A stretch of 63,443 nucleotides of DNA, filler included, from Lenisia limosa (lineage: Eukaryota; Protista; Breviatea), in assembly GCA_001655205.1 (NCBI GenBank). It is 20 parts of 20 records of this genome, joined end to end, with 100 filler letters (N's around TTAATTAATTAA, not from the genome) between each part and the next. Parts side by side here need not be neighbours in the genome. Positions count along the whole stretch, not along the records: positions 12,400 to 15,255 come from LPNZ01005249.1; positions 15,356 to 16,613 come from LPNZ01005236.1; positions 16,714 to 19,016 come from LPNZ01000286.1; positions 19,117 to 21,120 come from LPNZ01004393.1; positions 21,221 to 22,463 come from LPNZ01007280.1; positions 22,564 to 39,971 come from LPNZ01011370.1; 14 more parts are not named here. The stretch is one strand, 5' to 3'. The notes below the pieces were generated by a model. The model was not told where the DNA came from. It saw only the letters and a program-made list of their open reading frames with translations, and did not search any database. Positions 12,422-27,981 of the stretch are shown one piece after another. Position numbers and translations under genes: made by a program. Each line of letters starts with the position of its first letter. The first letter of the stretch is position 1.

Positions 12422-15056
12422 GAGACCCCATTAGGCGCCTCCTGTCCCCTCAATGACGAGCAGAAGGACCAGTGTGTTTGCAGCGAAAACGAGCACCTTG
12501 CAAGGCATTTCAATGCGCCCTCCCTGAGCGCTCCTGAGTCGGTTGTTCTGTCTCATGGTGGGAAGAGGTGTTGCTTTATCATACCATATTGCCAACAGTT
12601 GATTTTGGCTTTGCATTTTTGTGTTTTACCTCTTCTATTCACCCCCTTCCTAGAAAACTCATCTGACAAAAACGAGGTGTGTAACCCAAATATGATGGAT
12701 TTCGGTGCCGCTGCGAGTTTGGACAAAGTCTCCCGGGGGTTCACCCCGCTGTCATTGACTCTGGATGATCAAGGGTGGGGTTAAGGACTGAGAGAACAAA
12801 AAGACTCTTAAAAGTGAGGGTGGTCATCCAATATATCAAATAGGGGGGGGGGGGTGCGGGTGCGCCAGCGACCGAAAAATATATTCACAATATATACACT
12901 CATGGGCATGGGGTGAGTTGTAAGATATATGATAAATATTTAAGATGTTAATTCTGATGTAAATGAGAGTTCACCGATTAAAGTTTTTTAACTATCAGAT
13001 ATTCGTGATATTGATGATTTCCCATTGTTTATGGACAATTATATCGAAAGTACTAAGAAAAGGGTTTGAATACATGATATATATTTTAAAAGTTGAATGG
13101 GAAAACAAAGTTTTGTAAGGGGTATTTGTTGAGTCCAAATTTTGAAAAACAAAATTACATATCATCTAGTAGTATCCTCATGGGGTCATGGGATCTGAGG
13201 CCTGAAATCACGCTTTTAATCACGCTCTTTTTTCATGGGGTCATGGGGTCAGGTCAAACAACTTATGTAATAGTATATGATATATATATGATATGTATTG
13301 GATGACCACCCTGAGAACAGTGTTGTATATTACTTGTTGACCCTTCCTCCCTCCCTCCCTCTAGTAGGGAGGCCCCCCTTAACATACTATTACTTACCCC
13401 GTACTCAACCAAGATGACAATTGTAGTTCTCATTTGCCAACATAGTTTTGTTTTGTATCTGTCAGTTTCCACTCCCACCACCCCGGATATATTTGTTATT
13501 GACCCCCCCCCCCNNNNNNNNNNNNNNNNNNNNNNNNNNNNNNNNNNNNNNNNNNNNNNNNNNNNNNNNNNNNNNNNNNNNNNNNNNNNNNNNNNNNNNN
13601 NNNNNNNNNCTGCGAACTCAGAAAAGGGTGGGGGGTCGAGGATTTATTAATGTTCTAATATTTGATACAAAACTGAATCGTAATTTCAATTTGCAGAATC
13701 TTCATTTTGGTGGGTAGAACACTAACCCTCACTCCAAACAGGCCTTGTTACACTTTATCCCCGTTCAACGAGCCAAACGGCCCAGTATGGAGACTTCAAA
13801 TTGCGCCAGGGTGAGGAATGCAATTTACTTTTTATCAACGAAATCATATAATTACTGGAAAATAGAGTTGACATAATATCCCGGTTAGACTTATATTAAA
13901 TGAGCTAGTTGCAAAAACAAAAATATTTTTTGGTATTCCTGTTAATCCCCACAGGTATTTATTTCAGCACCCCCTCAGCTCCCAAATCCTCTGTCAGCTC
14001 TTTCACTCAACAAACCAGTATGGATGGCAAGAGCTAGCTTTTAATGTTATTTCTTAAGTTTTTTGTTTTCGGAAATGTCAATTCCACATTTTTGTGTATT
14101 CAAATATTTGGCTAATAGAGTTGATTCTAGGGTCTTCATTTTGGTTTCCTAAGAATCCAATTACCTATCCCCAGCTTCGTACCCTTGTGTTTTCAAATGT
14201 TTGGCGAGCATAGTTGTTTTGGGGTGTTTTTTGTTTGTTTGTTTGTTACCCTGTCCCCCTTCCCTCCCGCTGATGGGATGCGGTGCTTCATAAGCGACTG
14301 GCCTGGGCTTTGTTTGCTTTGTTGTTATTAACCCTTGTGTGTTGTCAGCCAACAGAGTTGATTTTGGGCTTTTTTATTTTTGTTTCTTACCTTTTCCAAT
14401 TTTACTCCCCTCCCAGATTCCTGCATTTTCTCGTGGGCCAGTCAGCTGACGGGCTGTTACGATAGTTCAGCGCTGCCAACCTCATTAATGGCGTCTTTGG
14501 CCCAGGCCGTTTTGAAGCCGGTTGTGGCTGAGGGCAAAATGTGGGGGGTGGGGGTGTATAATGCCATCCTCTTCATCATACATGCTCCTCCCTCTCCCTG
14601 GAATACATCCCAGTTATTGACCCCCTTAGCCCGGCCCACCTCCAAGTCACCTTCCCGGAATATGTGAAGTCTTTTGCTGTTCTAGCACCCGGTTTGGGGA
14701 TGTACATTGTTTAGGGTGTTCCAATAGGTAACATTAGTTTAGGGTATTCCAATAAGTAAGGATTATTGACAATTTCTCAATAAAAATCGATAATTGCTTT
14801 AAATATAGGAAAATCATACATAAATATCCAAGGTTACTAGACAGCATGAGGGAGTTTTGAGGGGGCGGTGGGATTTCATTCAAGCATACCTTCATAAAAC
14901 TATGGCGCTGTCAACTTGCGAGCGGACTATACCTATATTAGTGGGATCTCTGGCGATCCTTAACTCTTAGTAAAAAAGTACAGCAGGCTCCTCCTTACGT
15001 GATATAGGCGTCATGCGTTTTGTCCCTTGTGAAGCCCCTCAAACTGCTCTTCTGGG
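12422..15056 (+). CDS. Hypothetical Cys-containing multi-exon protein, partial
   Basis: At least 7 GT-AG-bounded exons (ETPLGASCPLNDEQKDQCVCSENEH, PCYTLSPFNEPNGPVWRLQIAPG, DSCIFSWASQLTGCYDSS). No family recognised. Confidence 0.55.
14271..14416 (+). repeat. Family A intronic element ending at a 3' splice site
   Basis: TGATGGGATGCGGTGCTTCATAAGCGACTGGCCTGGGCTTTG..AACCC..TGTTGTCAGCCAACAGAGTTGATTTTGGGC-Tn-TTTTCCAATTTTAC-Cn-AG. Confidence 0.85.
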
Positions 15057-15221
15057 TGAGGGGATATCATATAATGTATATTATATATCATTCCGGACCA
15101 CCATCACAGCATTTTTGTTATATGAATAATATTCACCCACCACCCCCCCAATATGTGTTTTCAAATGTTGAGTTAACAATGTGTAATAAATTATCTTCTC
15201 GCCAACAAAAAGAGTAGCCCA

Positions 15222-15255
15222 GAGTGATGGGATGCGGTGCTGCATAAGCGACTGG
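15222..15255 (+). repeat. Family A 5' part, cut by contig end
   Basis: GAGTGATGGGATGCGGTGCTGCATAAGCGACTGG. Confidence 0.8.
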
Positions 15256-15640
15256 NNNNNNNNNNNNNNNNNNNNNNNNNNNNNNNNNNNNNNNNNNNNT
15301 TAATTAATTAANNNNNNNNNNNNNNNNNNNNNNNNNNNNNNNNNNNNNNNNNNNNGGGGGGGGGGGGCAATAGAAAGCGGATGGGTAATATTGTTGGTGG
15401 TATATTGGACTTTTTTTTTGTTTCCTATGTTTTCGCAGCTCATCCACCCAAGTCATCTATTTTCTTAGTCTAACCCTCACTCTCAGGCTCAAGCACATCA
15501 ATGCCTGCGCGAAAGGACACTTTAGGTACACATAAATTTGCCTAAGCTCTTGTTTGATTCTTTTTATTTTGCCTTATTATAGTGATTTTATGTATCTTGT
15601 ATTTATTTTTTTTCTGAGAAAAGAGGGGGGCTGGGGCTGA

Positions 15641-15696
15641 TTTTCCAGATAAATCCTCGATATTTTGACGGCCTTATTCGGACCGCAGGGAAGACC
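15641..15696. mobile_element. Family B MITE, partial
   Basis: GATAAATCCTCGAT...GGACCGCAGGGAAG terminus. Confidence 0.6.
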
Positions 15697-15990
15697 TGGG
15701 TATAGCTGTAACGAAGTTTTTGACATTCCCACTGCGGAGCATGGAGAGCCCCATAGTATTTCAGAATCCCATAGTCTTACACTGTCTGCGCTCTTGAAAG
15801 AGGGGAATCCCAATGTGCTATGATACCAGTAAATACTGGGAATCCTTTATATGGGAATCCCAACGTTTTCACACGAATCCCAAGCGCCGGAGTACAATGA
15901 ATGTGGTGTATCTAATTTCAGAAAGCGCAGGGAAGGGTAATAAATAGCGATATACATTAAGAAAGAAAAACGAAAGAAAAACTCCTATAA

Positions 15991-16570
15991 TTACAATTTG
16001 AACTCATCCGAGATTGATTGACGAAGACAGCCAGTTAGAACTAACTCTGGGCTATATACCGTCAATCCCTTCTTTTTGAGCTTCGAGACTTCCGCCCTGG
16101 GTGTTGATGACGATGAGGATAATGGTGGTGGTGATAATTGTGATAATGATGATGGTGAAAAAATATCACCAAAATTGGGAGAAGGGCCCAAAACACAAAA
16201 TAAAAACCGAAAGATCTGGGAGCCTACTTTAGATCAGCAGGCACCAAAACAATCAGATTGTCTGCTGGTTTTGCGGGGATTGTTTTGACAAACTGGAGAG
16301 TGACAAATCAATAATTTTAAAACTATACGACCATATTAGCCCCCCCCCATGCCCCCCCTTTACATGCTGTTTCTCCCTAATATTGACCTTATCAGCCCTC
16401 CACCCCTCACTACTTCCACAATACCCCCCATTTCTCGACATCTCGATAAATATCGATAGTGGTTTTTTTTGAGCCAGAGAAGAGAGTAGCACTATCCCCG
16501 ATAAAGACCACACCAACCCTCACCATACACATCAAATGTAGGCCATATTCACACCAAATGTAGTCGTATC
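15991..16570 (-). CDS. BRCT-domain protein C-terminus (PAXIP1/MDC1-like), partial
   Basis: FVKTIPAKPADNLIVLVPADLK|AEVSKLKKKGLTVYSPELVLTGCLRQSISDEFKL* resembles the terminal BRCT helix (ExxLTGxLxQ). Confidence 0.55.
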
Positions 16571-16720
16571 CCCCATTGTCACAGTACCCCCCCCCCTCGA
16601 ACTTTGCCTCCAGNNNNNNNNNNNNNNNNNNNNNNNNNNNNNNNNNNNNNNNNNNNNTTAATTAATTAANNNNNNNNNNNNNNNNNNNNNNNNNNNNNNN
16701 NNNNNNNNNNNNNCGTTCGT

Positions 16721-16840
16721 CCTTAAAGTGACCATCTTGTTTACATTTCTTAAAGTGACCCTCTTTTATGCATTCCTTAAAGTGACCATCTTGTTTACAT
16801 TTCTTAAAGTGACCCTCTTTTATGTATTCCTTAAAGTGAC
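16721..16840 (+). repeat. 27-bp minisatellite with alternating A/B units (54-bp higher-order repeat)
   Basis: CTTAAAGTGACCATCTTGTTTACATTT and CTTAAAGTGACCCTCTTTTATG(C/T)ATTC alternate, about 4.4 units. Confidence 0.9.
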
Positions 16841-16876
16841 AATACATTCCCCTCAGCCCCCGCCTCAATCTTGTAG

Positions 16877-18563
16877 GCTCATGACCGGAGACGCGGAGAC
16901 ACTGCTGTCCACTTTAGGCATGGTTATCAATAGGGGCTACCCTGCACTGACGGCTTCGTGGAGGTAGGCATGGTTATCAATTTAAGCAAATATCCGAGGC
17001 AACTCTGGACGCGATGGTGTATTTCTATGTCATAAGAAGCAAATGTTAAAATGTATGGATATAGGGTGATTCATCGTTCTTCACGATGGATGGAGGGGTA
17101 GCCTACTTTGTGCTATGTGGAGGCAGTCCTTTTCTTTGTGCGCTGGAGTGATGGCATGCGGTGCTGCAGAAGCGACTGGCCTTGGCTTTATTTGTTTTGT
17201 TGTTATAAACCCCCGTGTGTTGTCAGCCAACATAGTTGATTTTGGGCCCTTTTTTTTGTTTCATAAATTATCCAATTTAACCCCCCCTCCCTCCAGAGCC
17301 CAGGGGCGTGAGCTGCCAGACTTCAAAGCACCCATATCGGCCCAGAATGCCGACGCCATTATGTCCTTTGTGGCGCAGACGCTCGGAATTATGGTGGGGA
17401 GCTTGGAAGTATTATTGGGGCTGAGGGTATGATTAGGGCTTTACTTCGTAATATATCGATAGTTTTCGAGGATTTATGGATAAAAGTCTTTTTTTCGAAC
17501 CAAAGTGAAGCTCTTGTGAGTGTAATATGGGGGCGGGGGCTGTTGTGCTGATAGGGGGTATTGATGTATTTGTTTGTTTTGGGTATTATTACAAAACTAG
17601 AATGTGAGTACTGCTTTGATAGTTATTCTATCATTTTGTTGTTATGACTGGGAGGCTGTTTTATTTCACAGAACCTTGTTTTATTACTCAACGGTAATTT
17701 TTTTTATACTTCCATTGTGTGGATATACTAATACAGATCATTGCGTAATATATATTTCGTTTTCTGCAACACAAACTAACCAGAAATTTTCCCTGCACTT
17801 TGTAAGAGGCTCTTATTAACTATTTTCAGAGTTTATCGCCGACAATGGTACTGCGAAGAGGCAGCGAAGGTGAAAAGGCTATTTATCTGCTTGATGTTGG
17901 TGGGGCTTGCTGACAGGCAGAGGTGGATACTCTCGCTTTCTTCTTATCTATACAAGTTTATATGATGATATCGTATATGATATACTGATATACTGTATAC
18001 TTGACTATAGTATAGTATGATATATGTACATATGATATAATATAGGTACATGTATAATTATGCTATGTATTACTAATTGTTTGCTATGTAGCCTAGTATT
18101 CCCACAGTCCGAAAAAGACCGCTAAAATGTCGATATTTTTCGAGTAGTCGAGATATTCAGTCTTTTTGGGAAGCATGAAAGCCCACACAAGACAGTAAAT
18201 AACACGTATTAATGATTTTTTTTTTTTTTTGGGGGCATTTAAATCCCTGTTGCCAATAGTGTTATTTTTGTTTTATTTCATAAACTTTCCATTTTCACCC
18301 CCCCCCCCAGGTTATCAAAGCCGCGCAAAACCAGGTCAAAGACGCTCACACCAAACAATCGTCAGCACCCGTCACTCCCGAAGCCAAAAATAGCCGAAGG
18401 TGAGTAACAAGAATATGTATTACTTAAGTCTTCCTATGCCGATTGTTTTCGAGGATTAATCGAGAAATGCCGTCTTCTCTCTGATCAGAGCGACGCCCTA
18501 AACATAACGAATACAAAGGTAATAACAGCGCAGCCTAAGAATACAGAGAGTATGTCCAAATAA
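16877..18563 (+). CDS. Hypothetical multi-exon protein C-terminal part
   Basis: GT-AG exons LMTGDAETLLSTLGMVINRGYPALTASW, AQGRELPDFKAPISAQNADAIMSFVAQTLGIM and VIKAAQNQVKDAHTKQSS. Confidence 0.5.
17138..17296 (+). repeat. Family A intronic element, most complete copy, ending at a 3' splice site
   Basis: GTGCGCTGGAGTGATGGCATGCGGTGCTGCAGAAGCGACTGG...TGTTGTCAGCCAACATAGTTGATTTTGGGC...TTATCCAATTTAAC-Cn-AG. Confidence 0.85.
17436..17514. mobile_element. Family B MITE
   Basis: TA|GGGCTTTACTTCG...TCGAGGATTTATGGAT...GAACCAAAGTGAAGCTCT. Confidence 0.7.
18096..18174. mobile_element. Family B MITE, diverged
   Basis: TTCCC..AGTCCGAAAAAGAC...GTCTTTTTGGGAAGC inverted ends. Confidence 0.5.
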
Positions 18564-19289
18564 AATTCAATAAATGACAACCTAGCACCAAAGTAATGGC
18601 TGGAGTAAATGAAGTATGTGAATCGTGGCAACTTATCATCACCACAATTGATAAAAGCAGATTGTATTTCATGTCTAATATTTTGTCTGCCGTAAGGCTA
18701 TTACAGTTATTTTCCAAAACCTTTCGTTCTTACGCATTCAGACAAGTGCGATTCACGAGTCCTGTTGTCTCAAGCACCCTTGAGTTGGTTGGGGTATTAG
18801 GAATAGAGCTTCAATTTCGCTACCAAAAACTAATATAAATTTGTAACCAAAAGTGACGATTTCCTCTTCGTGTTTATCTTAGGCCTCAAGCCCCCCAGTT
18901 TCTTTTACCACCCATTTTCTTATCCCGTCCCACTTAATGACCTGATCTTTGTTTATTTTGTTATTGTCAACTCTCGTGTGTTTTTACAGTTAAGTCTCTA
19001 TTGAAACTAGGATCACNNNNNNNNNNNNNNNNNNNNNNNNNNNNNNNNNNNNNNNNNNNNTTAATTAATTAANNNNNNNNNNNNNNNNNNNNNNNNNNNN
19101 NNNNNNNNNNNNNNNNTTGAAACCACTGCTTTCGGTATCTTTTTAAACAGTGTTCTACAAAATAAGCAACATCGTTAATGATGTCTTGCATTCCTTTTTG
19201 ATAGAAATAAATCCGTTTTGATTACCTGTATACTACAGAAACCTGTACACATGCTGTATATATCGTGTTAAGCTTGTTGTCTGACTGCT

Positions 19290-21120
19290 CAGGTCGATCT
19301 TGTCTCCCTGTCTCCCACGGAGATGACCGCTTTCTTCACCAACATCTACAACCTCCTCTCATTCCACGCCTTCCTCCAACACGGTCCTCTTAAGGTATGT
19401 CCACAATTCGGCCAGTCAATCTGATTCTAAACAGGCATTACTTACAATGGTTACATTTTAACAGTACGATCCCATTGAAAACATTTTTTTTTTGTTCTCT
19501 TTTTCTATAAAACAATCCAGTACACCTCCGTCATATACCATCTTTCACCCTCGTAGCCCAACGCTCGTAACAAGAAGTACTTCAAACGCTTTGCCTACAA
19601 CATCGCCGGATACGCCTTCACTCTTGACGACATCTTTGAGGGCATTTTAAGATGTGGGGGGGGGGGCAGGGAGCATATGTATCATACCAAAAAGAGACAC
19701 GGAGGATAAATCAACCGCCTTCTTCTGAATGAGGATCCAAGCAATGCCACTGTTCCTCTTACGCTTTCAGGCAACATTGACGGCCACTTCAAGAAGCAAG
19801 ACCCACGAGTTGCCCTCTGCCTCACCAAGCTCGACCCTCGCATCCACTTCTGCTGCTCCCCAGGCATACACGTTTCCGGCCCACAGATCCACTTGTTCCG
19901 CCCCAAGACGCTCGAGGTTCGTGTGGTCTCCTTTAATTTTGAATGATCTTCATCAAGAACTCAAAACATCGCTTTCACCTTTTTCAAGTACCTCTACAGG
20001 CTGCCTTTGTCTTTTGTTAACGAAAATGTTCACTCTCGCAGAAAGACATCTGCCACGCGTCACAGGACTTCCTTAGGGACGTGACCGTCGTCAAAGCTGT
20101 GGGTTGGGGCGGTAAATGGGTTTTGCTGAATGCTTTATGTGTTTGTACTTGTGGTGGTGAGTGATGGATGAAAATNNNNNNNNNNNNNNNNNNNNNNNNN
20201 NNNNNNNNNNNNNNNNNNNNNNNNNNNNNNNNNNNNNNNNNNNNNNNNNNNNNNNNNNNNNNNNNNNNNNNNNNNNNNNNNNCTAGGTCAAGAAGAAGGT
20301 CAAGCTCTCTAAGATGTTCGAGGTGTACCGAACAGATTTCGGCCGCTACAAGACTGACGCTTTCCGGTGGGGGGTGAGGCTCAAATATTTAGCCATCATT
20401 TTTTTTTTGTTTGATTATTTGTTTCACGATTAACACCTTAACGCCAATATTCCATCGATATTACCTTCGTTTCACTCCGACAGGTTCCTCGGAGACTACC
20501 TGGACAACGAGTCGCGCAAGACGATCCAGTCCTTTGTGGCCACCGGCGACTATGTCCTGTCCTACATCGATGTCGATACCACCCCCAGGGCCACCATCTT
20601 TAACCTGAGCGAAGTGGGGGGGTATTGGTATTGGTATTGGTATTTCCATCATCACCATCATCATCGTCACCCACACCACCACCCTCACAACCCAGCTGAG
20701 CATTGACGCTGCCGAAGAGAAGGAGGCCGAGCTTGATGCCGAGGATATCGTGTCCCCCCATACTGTTGTCGGCGGAGCCAACCAGCAGCTCATTGAGAGC
20801 GCCGTACGAGGGCGGATATCTGAAGTGTAATATATAATCGTTTCCAGGGGTTCTTGAATCAAGAATTTTTGTCGTTTATTTACCTGTTCAGCTCAAGGAC
20901 GATATGTGGGTGCTCAACATCGAGCAGAATTGGGCCAAACCGGGCCGCCCTGCCTTTGAGGTACGTGCCCCAAGTAATTTTATCCTTAATGATGGGGGCT
21001 GAAAACTTCAGCCTGAATTAACCGTTTGTCACTTTTGATTTTAATCAAACCTCAATGACACCCCTAGGTGTCATTATCCCTCGTGAAGGAGATTGTGAAG
21101 CTCTGCGACCGTTTCCTCTT
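19290..21120 (+). CDS. DUF547-domain protein with extra C-terminal region, partial
   Basis: AFFTNIYNLLSFHAFL, FAYNIAGYAFTLDDIFEGILR, DPRIHFCC and VKLSKMFEVYRTDFG are hallmark DUF547 blocks. The frame continues through further exons to the contig end. Confidence 0.85.
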
Positions 21121-22074
21121 NNNNNNNNNNNNNNNNNNNNNNNNNNNNNNNNNNNNNNNNNNNNTTAATTAATTAANNNNNNNNNNNNNNNNNNNNNNNN
21201 NNNNNNNNNNNNNNNNNNNNTTAAACAACAAAACAAAGCCCAGAAAAATGTAAGCAAAAATATGAGAAAATAACAGTAATTACCCCAGCAATCCTGTAAC
21301 AACGTATAGCACACCCCCTAACAGTCGCGGTGAGGTCGGCGGGGTTCTCATGGGTACCACTGCCTCTTCTAAAATCGGTTATTCGAGATGAACTGTGATT
21401 TGAGTATATTATAACCTCCGCTCATTAGGTATTATAAAACTTGAAAAGAATAGATAATTAACCACGATCTCAAAAAGCCACATAAAAAAGACACTGTCAT
21501 ATCAATTGACTTCTCTCCACTCCCCTCATAATTGTGAAATGAGTCATAAAACGGGAAGCCATCAATCCCATCAGAAATGGTAATAACTATCAAATTTATA
21601 TCATCATGTTTTACCATTTTTCTACCCGAAAAATGCCATTCCAAAACCAATACAAAGTAAAGAGTAATAAATATGTAAGATATATATACATACATGTATA
21701 TTATAACAGATACAGTAATCAGACTAAGGTAATTCGACCTTCATTTTTGGTTCACATTGAAAAGAAAACCACATACGCATTCAGTCTTTATATAACCGAA
21801 AGAGAAGACTTGGGGCATTGTTTATATCAACGTGATGGTGTGGATGCTATGACCAGATACCAACGCCAATATTTCCCAATGTTCCATAATTCTGCCTTTC
21901 CAACCTTGGTATCCGGCAAGGAACTTATTCCTCACTGACGACACCTGAACTGCTGGCTTGACTCCCTGGGGGGGGGGGGGGAGNNNNNNNNNNNNNNNNN
22001 NNNNNNNNNNNNNNNNNNNNNNNNNNNNNNNNNNNNNNNNNNNNNNNNNNNNNNNNNNNNNNNNNNNNNNNNNN

Positions 22075-22146
22075 TGGTTTGTTGGTTGACAACACGGGTT
22101 GATAACAACAAAACAACCAAAGCCCAGGCCAGTCGTTTTTGCAGTG
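22075..22146 (-). repeat. Family A element (3' part masked)
   Basis: Reverse complement ACGACTGGCCTGGGCTTTGGTTGTTTTGTTGTTATCAACCCGTGTTGTCAACCAACA, upstream of a minus-strand exon at about 21910-21968. Confidence 0.8.
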
Positions 22147-22328
22147 ATAAATACTGTTTTTGAATCGGGAAACAAAAGAGACAAACAAAACCATGAGATC
22201 ACATTATTGAAACAGAAAAAATGTCCAAAACAACTTGAGAAAACAAAGAGAACAAAACCCCGAGATAATAAAAAGAATAAAACAGCACCAAACCAGTGAG
22301 AGAGGGGGGTAGGAAGGGTAGATGAGTA

Positions 22329-22410
22329 AGGCTTCATTTGAGTACAGAAACTACCGATAAATAACATATTTTGTTTTCGAGGATTTATCGATAAACTCAA
22401 AAGCACTAAA
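22329..22410. mobile_element. Family B MITE, diverged
   Basis: TA|AGGCTTCATTTG...TTTTCGAGGATTTATCGATAAA core. Confidence 0.55.
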
Positions 22411-22926
22411 TAATAAAATTACTAAATTGGTATGCTGCTGTATTATAAGACCTTGCCCCCCCCNNNNNNNNNNNNNNNNNNNNNNNNNNNNNNNNNNNNN
22501 NNNNNNNTTAATTAATTAANNNNNNNNNNNNNNNNNNNNNNNNNNNNNNNNNNNNNNNNNNNNATAGTGTGCTGCAGGGAAGGAAGTTAGAGATTCAAAA
22601 GAAGGCTCGATTTTTGACTAGGAAACATATCTGTGATATTTAAGGGCAAAATGGCGATATAAGGCGATTAATTACGCCAAAACAACCAAAAGTCAAGTTG
22701 CTAAGTGAGACTTAACTTCTATCACAACTCGTTTATGATATTCTAATAACGTTATTTCGGTCCCCCAGGTTTCTCATATTGACTCCTGTCATTTTTGTCC
22801 ATTGATTATTTGTGCGATTTTTTGCTTTTTGATTTTGCTTGTCCGCAGATTTGTATTGTCAGATATTTGAGCAGATAATGCAGATGTAATGACAAATAAT
22901 TTTGCTTCACAGACATTGGATTTGGC

Positions 22927-24380
22927 ATGAACCTGGAATCATCTGAAGATCTGCTTGGGAGGAATGAGAGCGATCAAATTAAGTCCAAATTGAGGGAGTT
23001 TAATGGTACATTTTGGAAGGGATCCTTTCCTGTTTTTGGGTTCATATTTTTGTACTGCTGGGTTTACTATACTTATGTTGTGATATTTCTCTTTGATATA
23101 ATGACAAATCGGAAATTTTTCATTTACTTTTGTGGAGGGGCGTTTCATGTACTCTTCCTTTTGGAAATTTCGTCGTTCCTGAGAACAGTGTTTAATGATG
23201 CTGGTCGTCTTCCTAATGTTTGTTGGTTTCCCTTATTCTCACATCATAGTCTTATAAGCTACCCGAAGAGATGGTTTCATCACGCACAAGGCGGCAGAGA
23301 GCACTTTCACTCAAGAACAATCGCCAAACGGTTTGTTTTTTTCTCTGTTTTCACCTTGTAGCTCTTGTCACCAGACTCTTCATTGGTGATTGCAGACTTA
23401 CCGCTATCTTTAAGGTTGCATGGTTCTGAATCTGGAAGACCAACGTCAGCCCCATTGACAAAGTTGTGACTTTGTAGACATTTGACGATTTGTAAGTCTT
23501 GTTATCAAGCCAAACCCCCACGAACCCATCACTGCAGATATTGCTCAAGGTGATTCTGTCCTCTCATTTAGATGTGTCATGAAGTTTGACCACCACTGTC
23601 ATTGGCTGGATAACTGCATTGCTGCTGCAAATTATAAATTCTTTCTTTTGTTCATTATTTACCTGGAGCTTTTATCCACATTTGTTACATTCTCAACGGT
23701 CCCCTATCTTTCCAAAGCAATGACTTCATCGGTTAGTGGTACTAATGGAGAACTTTGAGACCTCGTAGGGGCACAACCCAATTGAAGTCCCCCTACCCCA
23801 TCACAATTTGTTTTGAGCTAAATATGACCTTTATTTTTCCGCATACCATATCACTTTGATATGAAAATGCTTCGATGCATTCATATTCAGCTTCACCCGT
23901 GTACTCAAATATTTCTCCAGGGAAGTGATATGACCTCAAACCTAATGATATAATATAATTTTCATGTGATGTTCTATTTCAATCAAACATTAGATTGGTT
24001 TCACTGCTTGGTTTAAGATGCAATCTAATTCGTTCAGTTCACTATTTATTATTTAGGATGAGCTATTTGTGGTCCCATACCAATTGATAGCTCTGACGTT
24101 CCTGGCAGCAATTATTATGTTAGCACTTTCTTGCTTTGTCATTTTCCACCTTCATTTGGTTTCCATTAACATGACAACAGTTGAGTCAATTGCAAATTCT
24201 CACAAACATGTAGGGATATGCATGATATTATTAATTTAGCCGTACGATATGGGACTTCTGAACAATGTCTCACAGGTATTTGGTAGTCAAATGTGGACTT
24301 GGCCATTTCCCATTCTCAAGTCAGTCACCCAATCAGCAACCATTTTTGAAACTCGAACTACTCTTCCCCAGACAATGTAA
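22927..24380 (+). CDS. DHHC-type palmitoyltransferase, complete
   Basis: Two TM segments then DAGRLP; the spliced CRD reads [36 protein letters not shown]; TTVE motif and PYDMGLLNNVSQVFG follow; TAA at 24378-24380. Confidence 0.95.
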
Positions 24381-24536
24381 GAATTCTCATCTGTATATAC
24401 TATATGTATGTACCTCTTATTTCCCAGCTCTCAGAAAAGGAAAAATTTGTCACGACCACATAACACTGTTTAATAGTAAGTAACATTTCCGTTTGAAAAG
24501 ATATATTTGTACTTTGGTGTTTTATTAAAGGGCAAG

Positions 24537-27981
<3,445 letters not shown>

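Noticed and set aside
17138-17247. Family A as a tRNA-derived SINE or snoRNA
   Set aside because: No A/B boxes, cloverleaf, C/D or H/ACA boxes were recognisable on either strand. No tRNA or rRNA genes were seen anywhere in the window.
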